IMG/VR virus record: IMGVR_UViG_3300029286_000024
Span: 1-64,000 of that record
DNA: 64,000 nucleotides
Source of the DNA: a virus
Direction: 5' to 3' (one strand)
The stretch's first letter is position 1. Every line of letters starts with the position of its first letter. The translations under genes and the position numbers were made by a program. Below, in pieces: positions 29,265 to 41,227 of the stretch. The notes under the pieces were generated by a model. The model saw only the letters and a program-made list of their open reading frames with translations. It did no database searches and was not told the DNA's origin.

Positions 29265-29300
29265 AAAGGAAAAGGCTCCCTTACATTGAGAGCCTTTCCC
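29265..29300. terminator. Intrinsic terminator-like hairpin
   Basis: ggaaaaggctc…gagcctttcc inverted repeat downstream of the 29331 gene. Confidence 0.55.
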
Positions 29301-29330
29301 CTTGCTGATTATTTTAGTCTTTTTTTTTTA

Positions 29331-29855
29331 CTATTTCATATCTGCTACGATCTCATATTCCCCGCCGTTGAACCGCATTCCTTTGACGTTCGACATTTTG
29401 ACATCTCGGACAATGATTTCCTTTTCCAAGTCCGTTTGCGTTGACGTTGGGCCGCTTCGTTCAGGCATAAAGGGCGAAAGAATAGCCTTGTCAACAATCG
29501 TTCCTGTTGCGTCCCGATAGACAGGCGTATCGGTTGACTGCACTTTCATCTGAAGGTAATGCTCGCCCTTATGAGTTACGAAAATGCGGTCATCGGTTAA
29601 GACACCCCATGTTCTAGGCTTGGCTTCCCGTTCCTCTTTGCCTTCCCTGTTGGCTTGGTTGTTGACGCTGTTTTCGTAGTCAAAACCGATCAATCCATCC
29701 ATGCGGCAAAACTTGGTAATTCTGCCGAAAAACGGATTGCCTGTTTTGTTCATTTTCGGGGTTGTTGCGGCATCTACTGAGATTGCCGTACAACCTTTAA
29801 CCGTTCGCTGAATGATGTTGATTGCTTCGGATACTGTTATGACTGTTTTACCCAT
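29331..29855 (-). CDS. Conserved-looking phage hypothetical protein
   Basis: KMNKTGNPF…DYENSVNNQ…PRTWG; start corrected to 29855. Confidence 0.7.
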   Translation of the reverse strand: MGKTVITVSEAINIIQRTVKGCTAISVDAATTPKMNKTGNPFFGRITKFCRMDGLIGFDYENSVNNQANREGKEEREAKPRTWGVLTDDRIFVTHKGEHYLQMKVQSTDTPVYRDATGTIVDKAILSPFMPERSGPTSTQTDLEKEIIVRDVKMSNVKGMRFNGGEYEIVADMK

Positions 29856-30744
29856 GTTCGTCGTTCCTTTCCTCATTGTTTATGCGTAGAGTCTAACAGG
29901 TTTCTTGGTAAATGTCAAGCCTTATTTTTTGAGATTCTTGGTTGCATCCTTATTTAATTATCAAGAGGGTAGCATAACATTTAATGATATAAATGTCGAG
30001 AGAAAAATTCAACTTATTTGGCGTGGAAAATGTTGGGATATTAAGCGGGAATAGGGGAAGAAATTGTCCTCCCCCTACTCCACCAAGCAGCTTGTGACCG
30101 CTTGGCAACCATCAACAGGACATTATACCATAAACGACTAGTTAAGATACAGCGGGATTGAGCCAAGAGTATCACCAGTGCCAATAGTAGCAATGGGGAC
30201 GATCTCATATTTGGCGTCAATGAGTTCTCCAACGTCGAAATCCCTGACTTCGGGAACGCCGAACCATTGACGAATCCGAATCAATTCTCCATCACGATAA
30301 AGAGCGAACCAATTCATATTTCTCCTTTCTTAATGCTTATGCGAAGATTGTAGCAGATTTCTTGGAAAAGTCAAGGATTATTTTCTTACGTATTCAGGGT
30401 GAGGTCAAGAGTCATGAGCATCATTACCCATGCCCGAAGACGATCTGCTTTTGAAAGGGAACGAAGGTAATTCCGATCTACTCCTGTATAACGCATAGCA
30501 GCATAAGCATTCATTGTTTTTCCTCCATTGTTTGAATCAGCTTAACATAAATGAGTGGTAAAGTCAAGGATTATTTTCAAATTTCGGAAAGGGAGAAGTT
30601 AATTCCCCGTTGTTTCATGAGTTCTTCGAGTTCATTTTGATTACCTATGAAACGGCAATGGATGGCGATAGCTTTGCATCCTTCGTCAAAAGAGGGAAAG
30701 GCATAAAGTCTTTCTCCTATTCGCATATCATATCTCTCAGGCAT

Positions 30745-31030
30745 GTTCCTCCGATTTAAGTAGAGACTAACACAATCCGTGGGAAGAGTCAAGGATTATT
30801 CAGGCGGCAGCAATGGATTCGGTCTCAACCCACTTGAACATCCATTCTCTACCCACGATCAGGCGATATTCACTTTCCATGTAATCTTTCTGTTCCTGTT
30901 CGGTAAAGTCGGAGTCGGGGTTGGTTCGGTCAATTTCTTTCCACTCTTGAAGTTTGCATTTGCCCATTAGAATAGCCATAGTTCCTCCGATTTAAGTAGA
31001 GACTAACACAATCCGTGGGAAGAGTCAAGG
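30745..31030. repeat. Exact 50-bp direct repeat (30745-30794, 30981-31030) flanking one 59-aa ORF (30800-30979, -)
   Basis: gttcctccgatttaagtagagactaacacaatccgtgggaagagtcaagg identical in both copies. Confidence 0.95.
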
Positions 31031-31750
31031 CTATTCGGGGAGGACTTCTGAAATAGTTCCCACGTTAGGTCTCTTCCAACGGTTGCGAGTTCTTGTGGCA
31101 CGAAACTGATAAATGGCCCATCGAATATCCGAGCGGAGTTCATAGGCCCAATCAATGATGCAGTTCAGTTTTTCTTGTATATTTTTCATGCGATCATCCT
31201 ATCATTTAGTGGGTGGAAAGTCAAGCAATTTTAATCCATAATGTTCGGGAGGGAATTCTGCTCCCACGAATTTCCACGCCATAGTTTCCTTGTTCATGCT
31301 CAGATACTTGGCATTGTATTCGGGGAATTTTGGGTGCTCCTTTGACAGAAAGGTTTTGTCGGGAAACTCAAGCCAAAAATGCCATGAGTTATTCATTCGA
31401 CTCTTTAGGTTTGCTGACCAGTTTTCCTATTGCTTTAACCACATCATCTTTATTAAGCATGACTATCCTCTTGGCATTTAACTTAGTGGCACAGCAATCC
31501 ATCCTAAGCATATCCCATAAGGCATCAGTTAATGGTTTGACATCACATTTATTAATGTCTGACCACTTGGTATGTTCTTGATCATTCATTGACATCTACG
31601 GCTTTTTGACAATGGGGACACCAATAGACTTTGGTTCCGTTCTTATCAACAAGCAGTAATTCCATGTGGGTATTGCAAGTTTTACATTTCATGCGCATAC
31701 CTTATCATAATCAGTGGGTAATGTCAAGGGAAATTTCTTGAAACTCCCTG

Positions 31751-31978
31751 TCAAGGTTTATCTTCTCTAGGTTTATCGGCATAAGGGGAAATGTCAATGA
31801 TGATTTTACCGTTAGTACAAACTAAGTGAGCAAAGTAATCGCCTTGTTTAGTATATCGGGGCAAGGTTACAATATGAAAATCAGGACGCCGTTTAACAAA
31901 CCAATGAGATGCAGACCAGCAGCCCATTCTACGCTTTTTCGATTGCCATTCTCTTAAAACTCTGTCAATAGTTTTCAT
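31751..31978 (-). CDS. Small papain/transglutaminase-fold-like protein
   Basis: GC…AS…HLVC…IIIDIS (Cys-His-Asp order). Confidence 0.45.
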   Translation of the reverse strand: MKTIDRVLREWQSKKRRMGCWSASHWFVKRRPDFHIVTLPRYTKQGDYFAHLVCTNGKIIIDISPYADKPREDKP

Positions 31979-32266
31979 GCGTATACCTTATCATAATCAG
32001 TGGGTAATGTCAAGAGGTAAACTTTGCATTGTCCATTCGTTAGGCAAAGGGGTTCCTCCACCAACCCATTTATCATAGTTCATATCCTTGATGAAACTGT
32101 TAGCTTGTTCTTTGTTAAAACGAACAGGGATAGCATGATGAAAAGCAACTTTTTCCTTTGTTGTTTCATTGACATAGAAAACGCCATACTCTATGTTAGT
32201 TTTCATGCGAGCAGCCTATCACAATCAGTGGGTAATGTCAAGGTAATGTTTCAAAAACATTCCCTG

Positions 32267-32614
32267 TCAAGGTCTTTTCAGGAACATATAACAAAATTCA
32301 TTAGGGAAATCACTCCAACGAATAACTTTGAAGCCCATTCTCTTTAGCATTCTCTTCATGACAAAACCATTATGCCCATTGCCGTTATAGAGAAGGATCA
32401 AGAGACTTCTCCGTGTTTGCTGAAGGAATTGAGTCAGGACTTGTTTAGCTATTCCCTTCCCTCTTAATTTCTCATTAACCCAAATGTAGGAGAGATAATG
32501 GTAAGAGGGGACATGGAATTTTGAAGGGGAAGGAAGCGGGTCAAAAGTTTCGTAACTTCTATCCTTAATGATTGGCTCGTATTCGATATAGCCGCCATAG
32601 AATTCTACTTTCAT
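32267..32614 (-). CDS. GNAT-family acetyltransferase
   Basis: LSYIWVNEKLRGKGIAKQVL…RMGF. Confidence 0.75.
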   Translation of the reverse strand: MKVEFYGGYIEYEPIIKDRSYETFDPLPSPSKFHVPSYHYLSYIWVNEKLRGKGIAKQVLTQFLQQTRRSLLILLYNGNGHNGFVMKRMLKRMGFKVIRWSDFPNEFCYMFLKRP

Positions 32615-34625
32615 GCGTATAGCGTATCATTCAGTGGGAAGAAAGTCAAGGCTAAACTACGCAAAGGTCTTTAGGGTTGACAGAGCCTTGAATGGTAGGA
32701 TTTACTGCCCATGCTATTTCGGGAGAGGCACAACCTAATCTTGCTGCAACTCCATAGACATCGGAATAAATTTCAAACTCTTCGTAGTTGTCATAAACTT
32801 CATGGAGTTTTGCTTGCCATCCTTTGATTCCGCTTTTGGTAGTAACTATTTTCATGCGCACATCATATCATTCAGTGGGAAGAAAGTCAAGCTATTTCGT
32901 CTAGGAGAATAGCGGGATTTAGAATCGTCATTTGCTCAAAGGGAATGGTATGAGCATCGCCTTGAGGAACATCAGGCAAAGCAATTAACCCTCTCTCCTG
33001 CGCCTGTAAAACAACTTCCCGATGGAGCATATAAGTGGCAGCAATCGAGAGTGGTTCATGCCTTCGGATACGCCTAAGATACTCTATGAGTTCTGAATCG
33101 TTATAATGCCAAGTTGATCTCCACATATTCATAAGGGGCATACTAACAGAAGCAGGAAAGAATGTCAAGCAGGAAGAGAGAAGTCTTTTGTTATATTTCC
33201 TGTAGAGCAATCGTTGAAAGTTGGAATGAAATCTTGTTTTGCCAACTTGACGAAACGGTTTCTTGCTTTACCTTTGAGCAGGACATAGCATCCTTTGCCT
33301 GTTTGAAACGGGTCTTTAGGGTCAAAGGTTTCATCGAAGAAAGGAAAGCCACAATCAGCCCACCCGCTTCCCCGTAGGTAGACATACTTAGTTCCCATGT
33401 ATTCTAGTTCATCAGCGCAATAGCAATCGTGGGCTGTTTGAAGGTCAACTAGAAGTTCTCCGAAAGGGGTATCTTTAGGGATGTCAACGGTAGGGGCTTC
33501 ACCAAGCATTTTGAAATTAGGGAGCCATTTAATATGTTCCCCTTCCCATGTTAAGAGTTGTCGGGGGTAATCTCCTTTTCGGGGGTCTTTATTGGGGACA
33601 AAAGGGAAATGGCCTATCTCATTATTTTTCATGTGGCAATACTAACAGAAGATGGGATGGGTGTCAAGTATTATCTGAAATGATTTTGATTCCTCCACCG
33701 CCCATACCTACAGCAAAAATCCATGATCATTTTTTCTCCAAGTTTTTGCGGATTTTTGCTAATTCAGCGTCTATTTCGATAAAGAGAGTAGTCTTATCCA
33801 TTTTCACGCCAGAATAAAAGTCGCAGAGCGTTAGGGCAAGACGGTCATCTTGTGTTTCCCTAACGCCCCGCTATGGAGGTGCTACTTAACCAAGGCGATC
33901 TTTTCCTCAATCTCCTTCGTCATGGCGTTCTGTTCGAGATTGCGGCAGTTATACCCAAAACTATACTCATGAACCTTGAGAGCTTCGGTAATGCGGAAGA
34001 AATGGTGTTGCCACTCGAAGTTGACAACCTTTCCCTTTCCTTCGGCGGGAATATAGATACCCCGACAATGCGTAAAGAAACCCGTTACAGGGGCTTGCGG
34101 TAACGCCTTGCAGAGAATGTTGACCAACTGCTTACCAACCGATTGACCGTTCTTCATGATCTTTGCCATGTTCTTCCTCCTTATTGTTTATGCGTAGAGC
34201 TTAACAGAAAATGCGGATAATGTCAACAACAATCCCACCACATTTCTTCTTCAACATTCCTCTTAAAGTTGGCGATAGGCTCTTTCAAGGCATCAACCAA
34301 CCCACGCAGGATGCTAATGACTTCTTCTTCTCCTGCAGAATGTCCACGTTCATAAGCCATATAGGAAAGAGCCGATCTAAACTCTTCGGGGACATTGGCA
34401 AGAATTTCTTTGTATTGCTTTTTAACTTCTTCATCGGTCATATCTTCCCCATTGTTTGAGAAGAGCTTAACAGAAATTGGTGGTAATGTCAAGCCTTTTG
34501 TCCAAGATTTTTCAAGGCAAGAGCGGCAATCTTGGCATTGATTTTGCGCCACCATTCGCCATTAACCCATGTTCCTCTTTCAACAGCATCTTTCAAGGGT
34601 TGCGTTGACATGGTAGGACATTTAC

Positions 34626-35927
34626 GAGAGTGAGCGGGAAAGCCCACGAAGCGAGTCTTCGAGCGTCTTTAGTCGTGGGATGAAAGCGAACAAGTAAAAT
34701 ATATTTAGAAAAAAGAAGGAATTATTCTAAAAATTTTGTATAATATAGGTATGAAAGCAATTAAAGTAAAAATATATCCTAAGAAATGGCAAAAGGAGTT
34801 AATAGAAAAACACTTTGGTTGCTGTAGACTTATCTATAATTATGGATTAGAAAGAAAAACAAAGACATATCAAGAATCTAAAAAATCAATTGGGATTTAT
34901 ACTATTCAAAAAGAAATACCCAAAATGTATGAAGAAAAACCGTGGCTTAAAGAAGTTAATTCTCAAGCAATACAACAATCATTAAAAGACTTAGATTCTG
35001 CTTTCTCTCATTTTTTTAAAGCAAATAATTCTTTTCCTAAATTCAAATCGAAGAAAAATCCTAAGCAATCTTTTAGAGTCCCTCAGCATTTTGAAGTTAG
35101 TAAAGATAAGAAGCATATTAAAATACCTAAACTAAAGTGGATAAGATTCAAAGATAAATTCAATATTCCCAAAGATGTTGAATTTAGAAATATTACAATA
35201 TCAAGAAGTGGAAATGAATACTTTGCTTCAATTTGTTATGATGATAAAAAACAAATTCCAAGTTTAGCTAAAATAACTGAATCTAAAACAGTAGGAATTG
35301 ATTTAGGAACAAAAGTATTAGCAACATTATCAGATAATACAGTTATAGAAAACCCAAGACACTTTAAAAAATACGAAGATAAGTTAGCATTAGAACAACA
35401 AAAATTATCTAAGAAAACAAACAGAGAAACTAAATCATATCAGAAACAGAAAAATAAGGTCAATAAAATACATAAAAAGATAAGTAATACGAGAAAAGAT
35501 TTTCTTCATAAATTAACTACAAATCTAGTTGAGAACAAAGACTGGACTAGTTATGCTATTGAAGATTTAGCAGTGAAAGATATGCTTCAAAATAATTCAA
35601 CCAGTATGTCAAGAACAATAGGTGATACTGGTTGGAGAATGCTTAGAAGTATGATGGAATACAAGTGCAATGAAAAAGGTAAGAATCTTTTGGTTATAGG
35701 AAGATTTGAGCCTTCTTCTAAACTCTGTTATTGCGGTGTAAAAAATAATGAGTTAGAACTAAAAGACAGGAAGTGGACTTGTAAAAATTGTGGTCTAACT
35801 CATAATAGAGATGAGTTAGCTGCTAATAACATTAAGAATTTTGCTTTAATAAAGAGTCTGGGCAAAGACTTTAGCGAGCGTAAGCGAGCTTAGAACCCCA
35901 CGATCTTTAGTCGTGGGAGTATGTCAG
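34626..35927 (+). mobile_element. Non-autonomous IS200/IS605-family (IS1341-like, tnpB-only) element
   Basis: Subterminal hairpins cccacga…tcgtggg at both ends (about 34643-34679 and 35897-35917); inserted after TTTAC, ends TCAG; no target duplication; lower GC than the flanks. Confidence 0.85.
34751..35893 (+). CDS. tnpB: TnpB RNA-guided endonuclease
   Basis: HTH (KIYP…FGCCRLIYN), RuvC I VGIDLG, RuvC II AIEDL, Zn finger CYCG…CKNCG, RuvC III RDELAANNI; start ATG 34751. Confidence 0.93.
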   Translation: MKAIKVKIYPKKWQKELIEKHFGCCRLIYNYGLERKTKTYQESKKSIGIYTIQKEIPKMYEEKPWLKEVNSQAIQQSLKDLDSAFSHFFKANNSFPKFKSKKNPKQSFRVPQHFEVSKDKKHIKIPKLKWIRFKDKFNIPKDVEFRNITISRSGNEYFASICYDDKKQIPSLAKITESKTVGIDLGTKVLATLSDNTVIENPRHFKKYEDKLALEQQKLSKKTNRETKSYQKQKNKVNKIHKKISNTRKDFLHKLTTNLVENKDWTSYAIEDLAVKDMLQNNSTSMSRTIGDTGWRMLRSMMEYKCNEKGKNLLVIGRFEPSSKLCYCGVKNNELELKDRKWTCKNCGLTHNRDELAANNIKNFALIKSLGKDFSERKRA

Positions 35928-36607
35928 ACCAACGCTTTTGAGCTATTCTTTTCATAAGGGAAGATTACCCTAAGAGAGCAAGAATGTCAAGCTTTCTTTT
36001 TGAGGTCAATTCCAAGGGTGAGCAAAGTATCTTGGATAATGACAGCCTGATCGCCTCTCAAACTCTTCCAATCGAATCGAGAGAGTCTTTCTATTGCGTT
36101 ATTTTCTTTAATGCGTTGGAGGTCTACAGGAGTAGCAACTTGGATACGTTGTTTTGACCATGTATCGCTTCCACGCTGAGACCCGTTAATATCAAAAGAG
36201 GATTCGCCAACATAAATAGTTCCGCCTCTTCCATCGGTAATTCGGGTAATGCGAGTAAGACTTTCGGGCCGATAGGAGTTCCCGTTATCATAAACGAGCA
36301 TCCCAACTTTCCAATTACCAAGTTCTTGAAGTTCTTTAGCCATGACTTTCCTCCATCGTTAAGAAGAGATTAACAGAAAGGGGTGAGAATGTCAAGGTTA
36401 ATCTTCAACGCAAGAGCCATCGCCGTTATGAGTAATCCAATGGCATCCGCATTTAGGACAGAAATGGCTTTCCTTGGCAGGTTTCTTGATTGACTTAGCA
36501 GGCTTCTTTTTGTTTGGTTTCTTCATTTCCACTCCAGATTTTTCAGGGGAGGGGGATAAACCTCTTTGCTAAAATTTTCCCCCTCCCCACCCTCTCGCCT
36601 GCTAAGA

Positions 36608-36994
36608 TTAGTGCTCAGAAGGTAGGATGATGCAGTATTGACCATCTCCCATCGGTTCAACCCACAACTTCATTTCGGGCAACGGGAAACCTGTGTTTTC
36701 GATTTCCTGTTTAATGGCAACATCCCCGCTATCCCGTTCGCAAATAACCGTAGCGGAGTGGTCAGGATGAACCGTGAGCGTCCAGAACTGAATATCTCGG
36801 AGCTTCTTATCTTTCAGGGCTTTGGGTTGATGCGAACCGATAACGTCCAAGAGCCAATAACATTCTGCGTTATCAGCCAACCACTTGACTCCATCGGTCA
36901 GGAGCATTCTAGGGAACAGGGGTGAAAAACGATACCAGTTTTCTGTCCCGTAGAAGTTTCGCAATCCCTCATTCATTTCCGCTGCTGTTTTCAT
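36608..36994 (-). CDS. DUF6876-like protein
   Basis: FYGTENWYR…LTDGVKWLA…YWLLDVI…QFWTL…LPSEH. Confidence 0.7.
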   Translation of the reverse strand: MKTAAEMNEGLRNFYGTENWYRFSPLFPRMLLTDGVKWLADNAECYWLLDVIGSHQPKALKDKKLRDIQFWTLTVHPDHSATVICERDSGDVAIKQEIENTGFPLPEMKLWVEPMGDGQYCIILPSEH

Positions 36995-38375
36995 ACTGTT
37001 TTCCTCCATTGTTTATGCGAAGAGCTTAACAGAAAATGGTGGTAATGTCAAGGAATAACTTATATTCGCATGAGCCAAAAGAAGACAGCCCAACCTATTG
37101 ACGGATGAATGATTTGAACAACGGGAATGTTAGCGTCAAGATTTTTCATGCCCCTCAGAATGAAGGTCGCAAGCCTGTTGATATAGGCAAACGTCCAAAA
37201 GATAGCCCATCCCAAAGTTATGACTTGAAAAAGTGGAAGCGATAACAGTTGTATATTATTCATATTCTCCTTTATTTTGAAACAAGACTATCACAAATCG
37301 TTAGTAATGTCAAGCAGGAAGATAGGGATTAAATGGCCTTGGAATTATCTTATGCCATTCCTTATGAGGTTTCTCTTCCGTCCCCCAACAGAAAGCCCTG
37401 AGAGGAACATCATTGAGCCATAAGGTTTTGATAGCTCCGCAACGGGGACAGGGACCAACTGCTTTCTTCATTGCCATTACTGAAATCTTTTTTTCTTTGG
37501 GCATATCAATCCTTTATTTCTTTTGAGTTTCTTGAAGGTTATAGTAGTTTTTTCGATGACGCCAATACCTCTTCGTTCCAATTCGCTTTCGCAGAGGATT
37601 TTCCCGATAACATCATTGGAGCCGAAGCAATTCATTTTGATGGCGTGGTCATGTTCCCTAAAACGATACTTCAGTTGTTTGATGGTAAGGTCTTTCATTT
37701 TCATAGATATACCCTATCACATTCGGTGGGAGAAGTCAAGCATTACTTCAAACAATATTTTTGGGGTTGGGTGCACTCCTGTCCATCCCATACCCTTCTC
37801 TGTATTCTACCTCTTTTTTCTATATGGTAAAAGTTTTTGAGGTAGCCGCACTTCTGACAGTCTTGTTTTTCGCAAGCTGAAATTGTTTTGGGAAATGGTT
37901 TCTTGTTTTTCATACGCATACCTTATCACATTCGGTGGGTAAAGTCAAGAACTTTTATGGAAAAGATTAACAGGTTCCCATAAGAAATCCCATAACTCTA
38001 CAAGCCATGACTTAAATCTTTTCATTACTTCCTGTTTTGTCTGCGAGCCTTTTTCTGATTGCGCTGTTGTCTTGAGGCCGGCGAATTTCCACGCTTGGGT
38101 ATTTGGAAACTTCGTCGTTCCGTATATCCAAGAGAATCCATCCATCCTAACGTCATCGCTTGTGCAAGTATACTATTCATTATCATACTCCTTTAGTTGA
38201 CAAACATTAGTCCTGTAAAAGAACTTCAATCGCTTCATCCTGAATCTGGGTTCGCACCATTACTCTATTTTTCTTTTCTCCATGTTGCCTGCTGTATACA
38301 ACCCATTCTTCATTGTCCCATACCATCCAACGTTTTCCATTGACAAGACGAATATCGTTTTTCCTCATTGCTGAA

Positions 38376-39014
38376 TCAATGTTCATAATCATACTCCTTT
38401 AGTTGATTGACAAACTCCTGATATTCCTCTTCGATTAAACTATCCCACGTTGGCAGAGTTGAAACGCATCGGTCAAAGAGGGGATTGATGATTGCCGCCG
38501 TTTTCTGCCACCATTCAGGGAACAGAACCAATTTCTTTTCGCAACGCCCCGCATAGATAGCCGAAGAAATAGTAACAGGAGACAGGATATAACGTCTCAA
38601 TTCAAGATTAGCATAGGCGTAAGTATGATCGCATTTGTCACGGACTTTTTTGCTTTGAATGCTATCCTTGAAGGGAAGCATATTATAGCGTCTCATGCAA
38701 AGTTGTTTACGAGGCAAGAAAGTATTCAAGAAAGCCTCTAGGGACTTTTCGCCATCGGGTAGAACGTCAAGCAATGGCCCTTGAACATTCTTAGGGTCTT
38801 GATGATCGTAGTAACAAGAACCATATAGATTTTTGCGAGAATTGAAATGATTACTTGCCCATTTTTCAAGAGAGGGGTAGCGTTGTTCATAGGGGGCATA
38901 ATCGGAAAAACCAAGAGCAGGGGTGCCACCTACTATGATCCAAAGACGGATTTGCTCTCCGTCAACCTCAAAAGTTGTTTCGCAAGCAGAAGTTTTTAGT
39001 TGTTTGATGTCCAT
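38376..39014 (-). CDS. Hypothetical protein
   Basis: Start corrected to MDIKQL after GGAG; the ORF-track start is the TTG of the -35 box. Confidence 0.65.
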   Translation of the reverse strand: MDIKQLKTSACETTFEVDGEQIRLWIIVGGTPALGFSDYAPYEQRYPSLEKWASNHFNSRKNLYGSCYYDHQDPKNVQGPLLDVLPDGEKSLEAFLNTFLPRKQLCMRRYNMLPFKDSIQSKKVRDKCDHTYAYANLELRRYILSPVTISSAIYAGRCEKKLVLFPEWWQKTAAIINPLFDRCVSTLPTWDSLIEEEYQEFVNQLKEYDYEH

Positions 39015-39775
39015 GTTTTCTCCTATTGTTAAAGAGAGATTACCACAAAGAGGGAAGAATGTCAAAACAATTTTAGTATCATTAGGATATTGATGGCACT
39101 CCCTATGGTCATGATTGCCATACAGGTTTGCGTAAATTGGTTAGTAAGTTCGGGTCTGAAAATTCCTATCGCAAAAGCAGTTCCGCAACACAAAAAAGCG
39201 ATAGACGGACAAATGATTACCAAGAGTTTTTTTGCTTTGCTCATTTTTCTCCTATTGTTTAAGAGAGGGTATCACAAAAGGGAAAGAATGTCAAGGCTTA
39301 TCTTCAACGATCCGAAGTTCTTTGATGTCAGGCAACCAATACCAATCGTTACCAATATGGACATTTTTGTTTGCGACTTCCAATACGACTCCTCTTTTCT
39401 TGGTATCAATAAATGCGCTTCTCGCATCTTCCCATTCAACAAGCTTCCCAATGAGTTTTCTAGCGTCAGGTGTTTTCATTCTTCCCCTTATTGTTGAAAA
39501 GAGATTACCACAAAAGGGAAAGAATGTCAAGGTTATTTGTTTGGGTCTCTCCAAAAACAGAACTGATCGGCTAATGAAAACTCAAACAGGCCAATGGGAA
39601 AATTGTCATAGGGCATTATGTTTCCAAGAATCCAACTGCCCTGCCACTTCCCATCATAGAACATCGTTACGCTTTTCTCGCCTCTAGCACCTACATGGTC
39701 AACTCTTCCGATTGCTTTCATGTTACTCCTTATTGATTTTTGATACGAAGAGATTACCACAAATTGTTGGGAATG

Positions 39776-40099
39776 TCAAGCGCAAATGGGTTCCTTAAAA
39801 GATTTTTGTCGAATATAAAACGGCAGTTGTTCAGGCGAATTTTTTCCCCATGGACATTCTGAATCGTAATACCTTTTCTTGAATTCAAAAAAACAATGTC
39901 CTTCGGGGTCAACTCCATTGGTAAAGAATTCAGGATAATCGTCTCCCCATATCGCCTTACCTTCGGGAAACTTTCTCTCTAACTCTTCCGCAAAAGAATC
40001 ACAATTACCACAATTTATGGATCGAGGACTTATCCCTTGCTTGTTATATTTTTCCCTTAACCGATAAATTGCCGCTCTAACATGTTGATGTGTAGCCAT
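39776..40099 (-). CDS. Small papain/transglutaminase-fold-like protein
   Basis: INCGNCDSFA…HCFF…YYDSE. Confidence 0.55.
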   Translation of the reverse strand: MATHQHVRAAIYRLREKYNKQGISPRSINCGNCDSFAEELERKFPEGKAIWGDDYPEFFTNGVDPEGHCFFEFKKRYYDSECPWGKNSPEQLPFYIRQKSFKEPICA

Positions 40100-41227
40100 T
40101 TATGCACCTACTTCTGCTGGCCCTGAGATTTGTTCATAGCCGATTTTGATACCTTGGGAAATTCCATCTTGGTGGGAAAGAGATTGAAGGGTAGCGATAC
40201 GTTCAAAAATGCCTTTGATTACATTTTTTGAACAGCCCTTGGAATGGAGCAGGGTATAGATTTCCGTTTCCGCTAGAAGACGTTGGTAATTTTCTTCATC
40301 GCAATAATGAATAAAACAGGTTCCATCGGCTTTAACGGAAAGACGATAGAGAGAACTTTCCTTGGATGGCTTTTCGAGAACTTCAATAATGTGTATCATG
40401 ATTTTCCTCCATGTTTAATATGAAGGTATCACAAAATTGAAAGAATGTCAAGTCTCTTCTTCTTTTTCTATTTCGATATAAGAAAGATTTTCCGCAACTC
40501 CTTCCATATAATTATCGAGCATAATATGAAGGGCTTTCTCAATGGCCTGATTAGGAGTTTTCAGGGGCTTATCAAGGAAATAGGGAACAATGTCATCAGA
40601 AGGTGGTTCCCCTGATCCATCGGGAAAGTAATGAACCCCGAAGTTATGTTTGACAATTTCGATTTGATACCAAATGGCTCCAACTTTTTCATTTTTACCA
40701 ATAGTTCGGAAACTTTCTTCGGCAGTTACAGGAGAGATAATAAGCCATTCGTCAATGATGATACAGGGATCGAAAACAGTTCCATCATGTTTTACAATGC
40801 GTCCGACCACAACGCCATTGACTTTCTTGTTCCCGTAAGTCAGGGGATACTTCAATGCTCCGAAGTAATAACAGGCAACTTCTTCAAGGCGATTTACTGC
40901 TTGTTCGATGGTTTCAATACGCATACTTCCTCCATGTTTGCGAAGAGATTACCACAAAACGGAAGGAATGTCAAGGCTTTTTTCTGAGATAAATCGGATT
41001 GAAACGAAGCCGATTATGAGTCAATTTTGAATAGGTCTTTCTGCGGGGGAGAGATTCACAACGATTACAATATATTCGATAGCCTGCCTCATGTCCCCCA
41101 TTGGTATTCTCACCCCATTCCCCAAGTTGATCTTCCCAATAGCCATGTCTTATCTTTTGGCTATTTTTCATAGAGGCATAGAATACGGATTTGCCTCCCC
41201 TGAAATGTTTTGTTATGCGAAAATGTT

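Larger units (their letters stand above)
34489..35955 (-). pseudogene. 54-aa cassette ORF interrupted by the IS element
   Basis: Joining 35955-35928 to 34625-34489 gives MKRIAQKRWCKCPTMSTQPLKDAVERGTWVNGEWWRKINAKIAALALKNLGQKA*, ending on the TGA of the next TTGACA. Confidence 0.75.

Noticed and set aside
34626-35927. IStron (self-splicing IS)
   Set aside because: Only about 125 nt precede tnpB, too short for a group I core, and the element is antisense to the interrupted gene.
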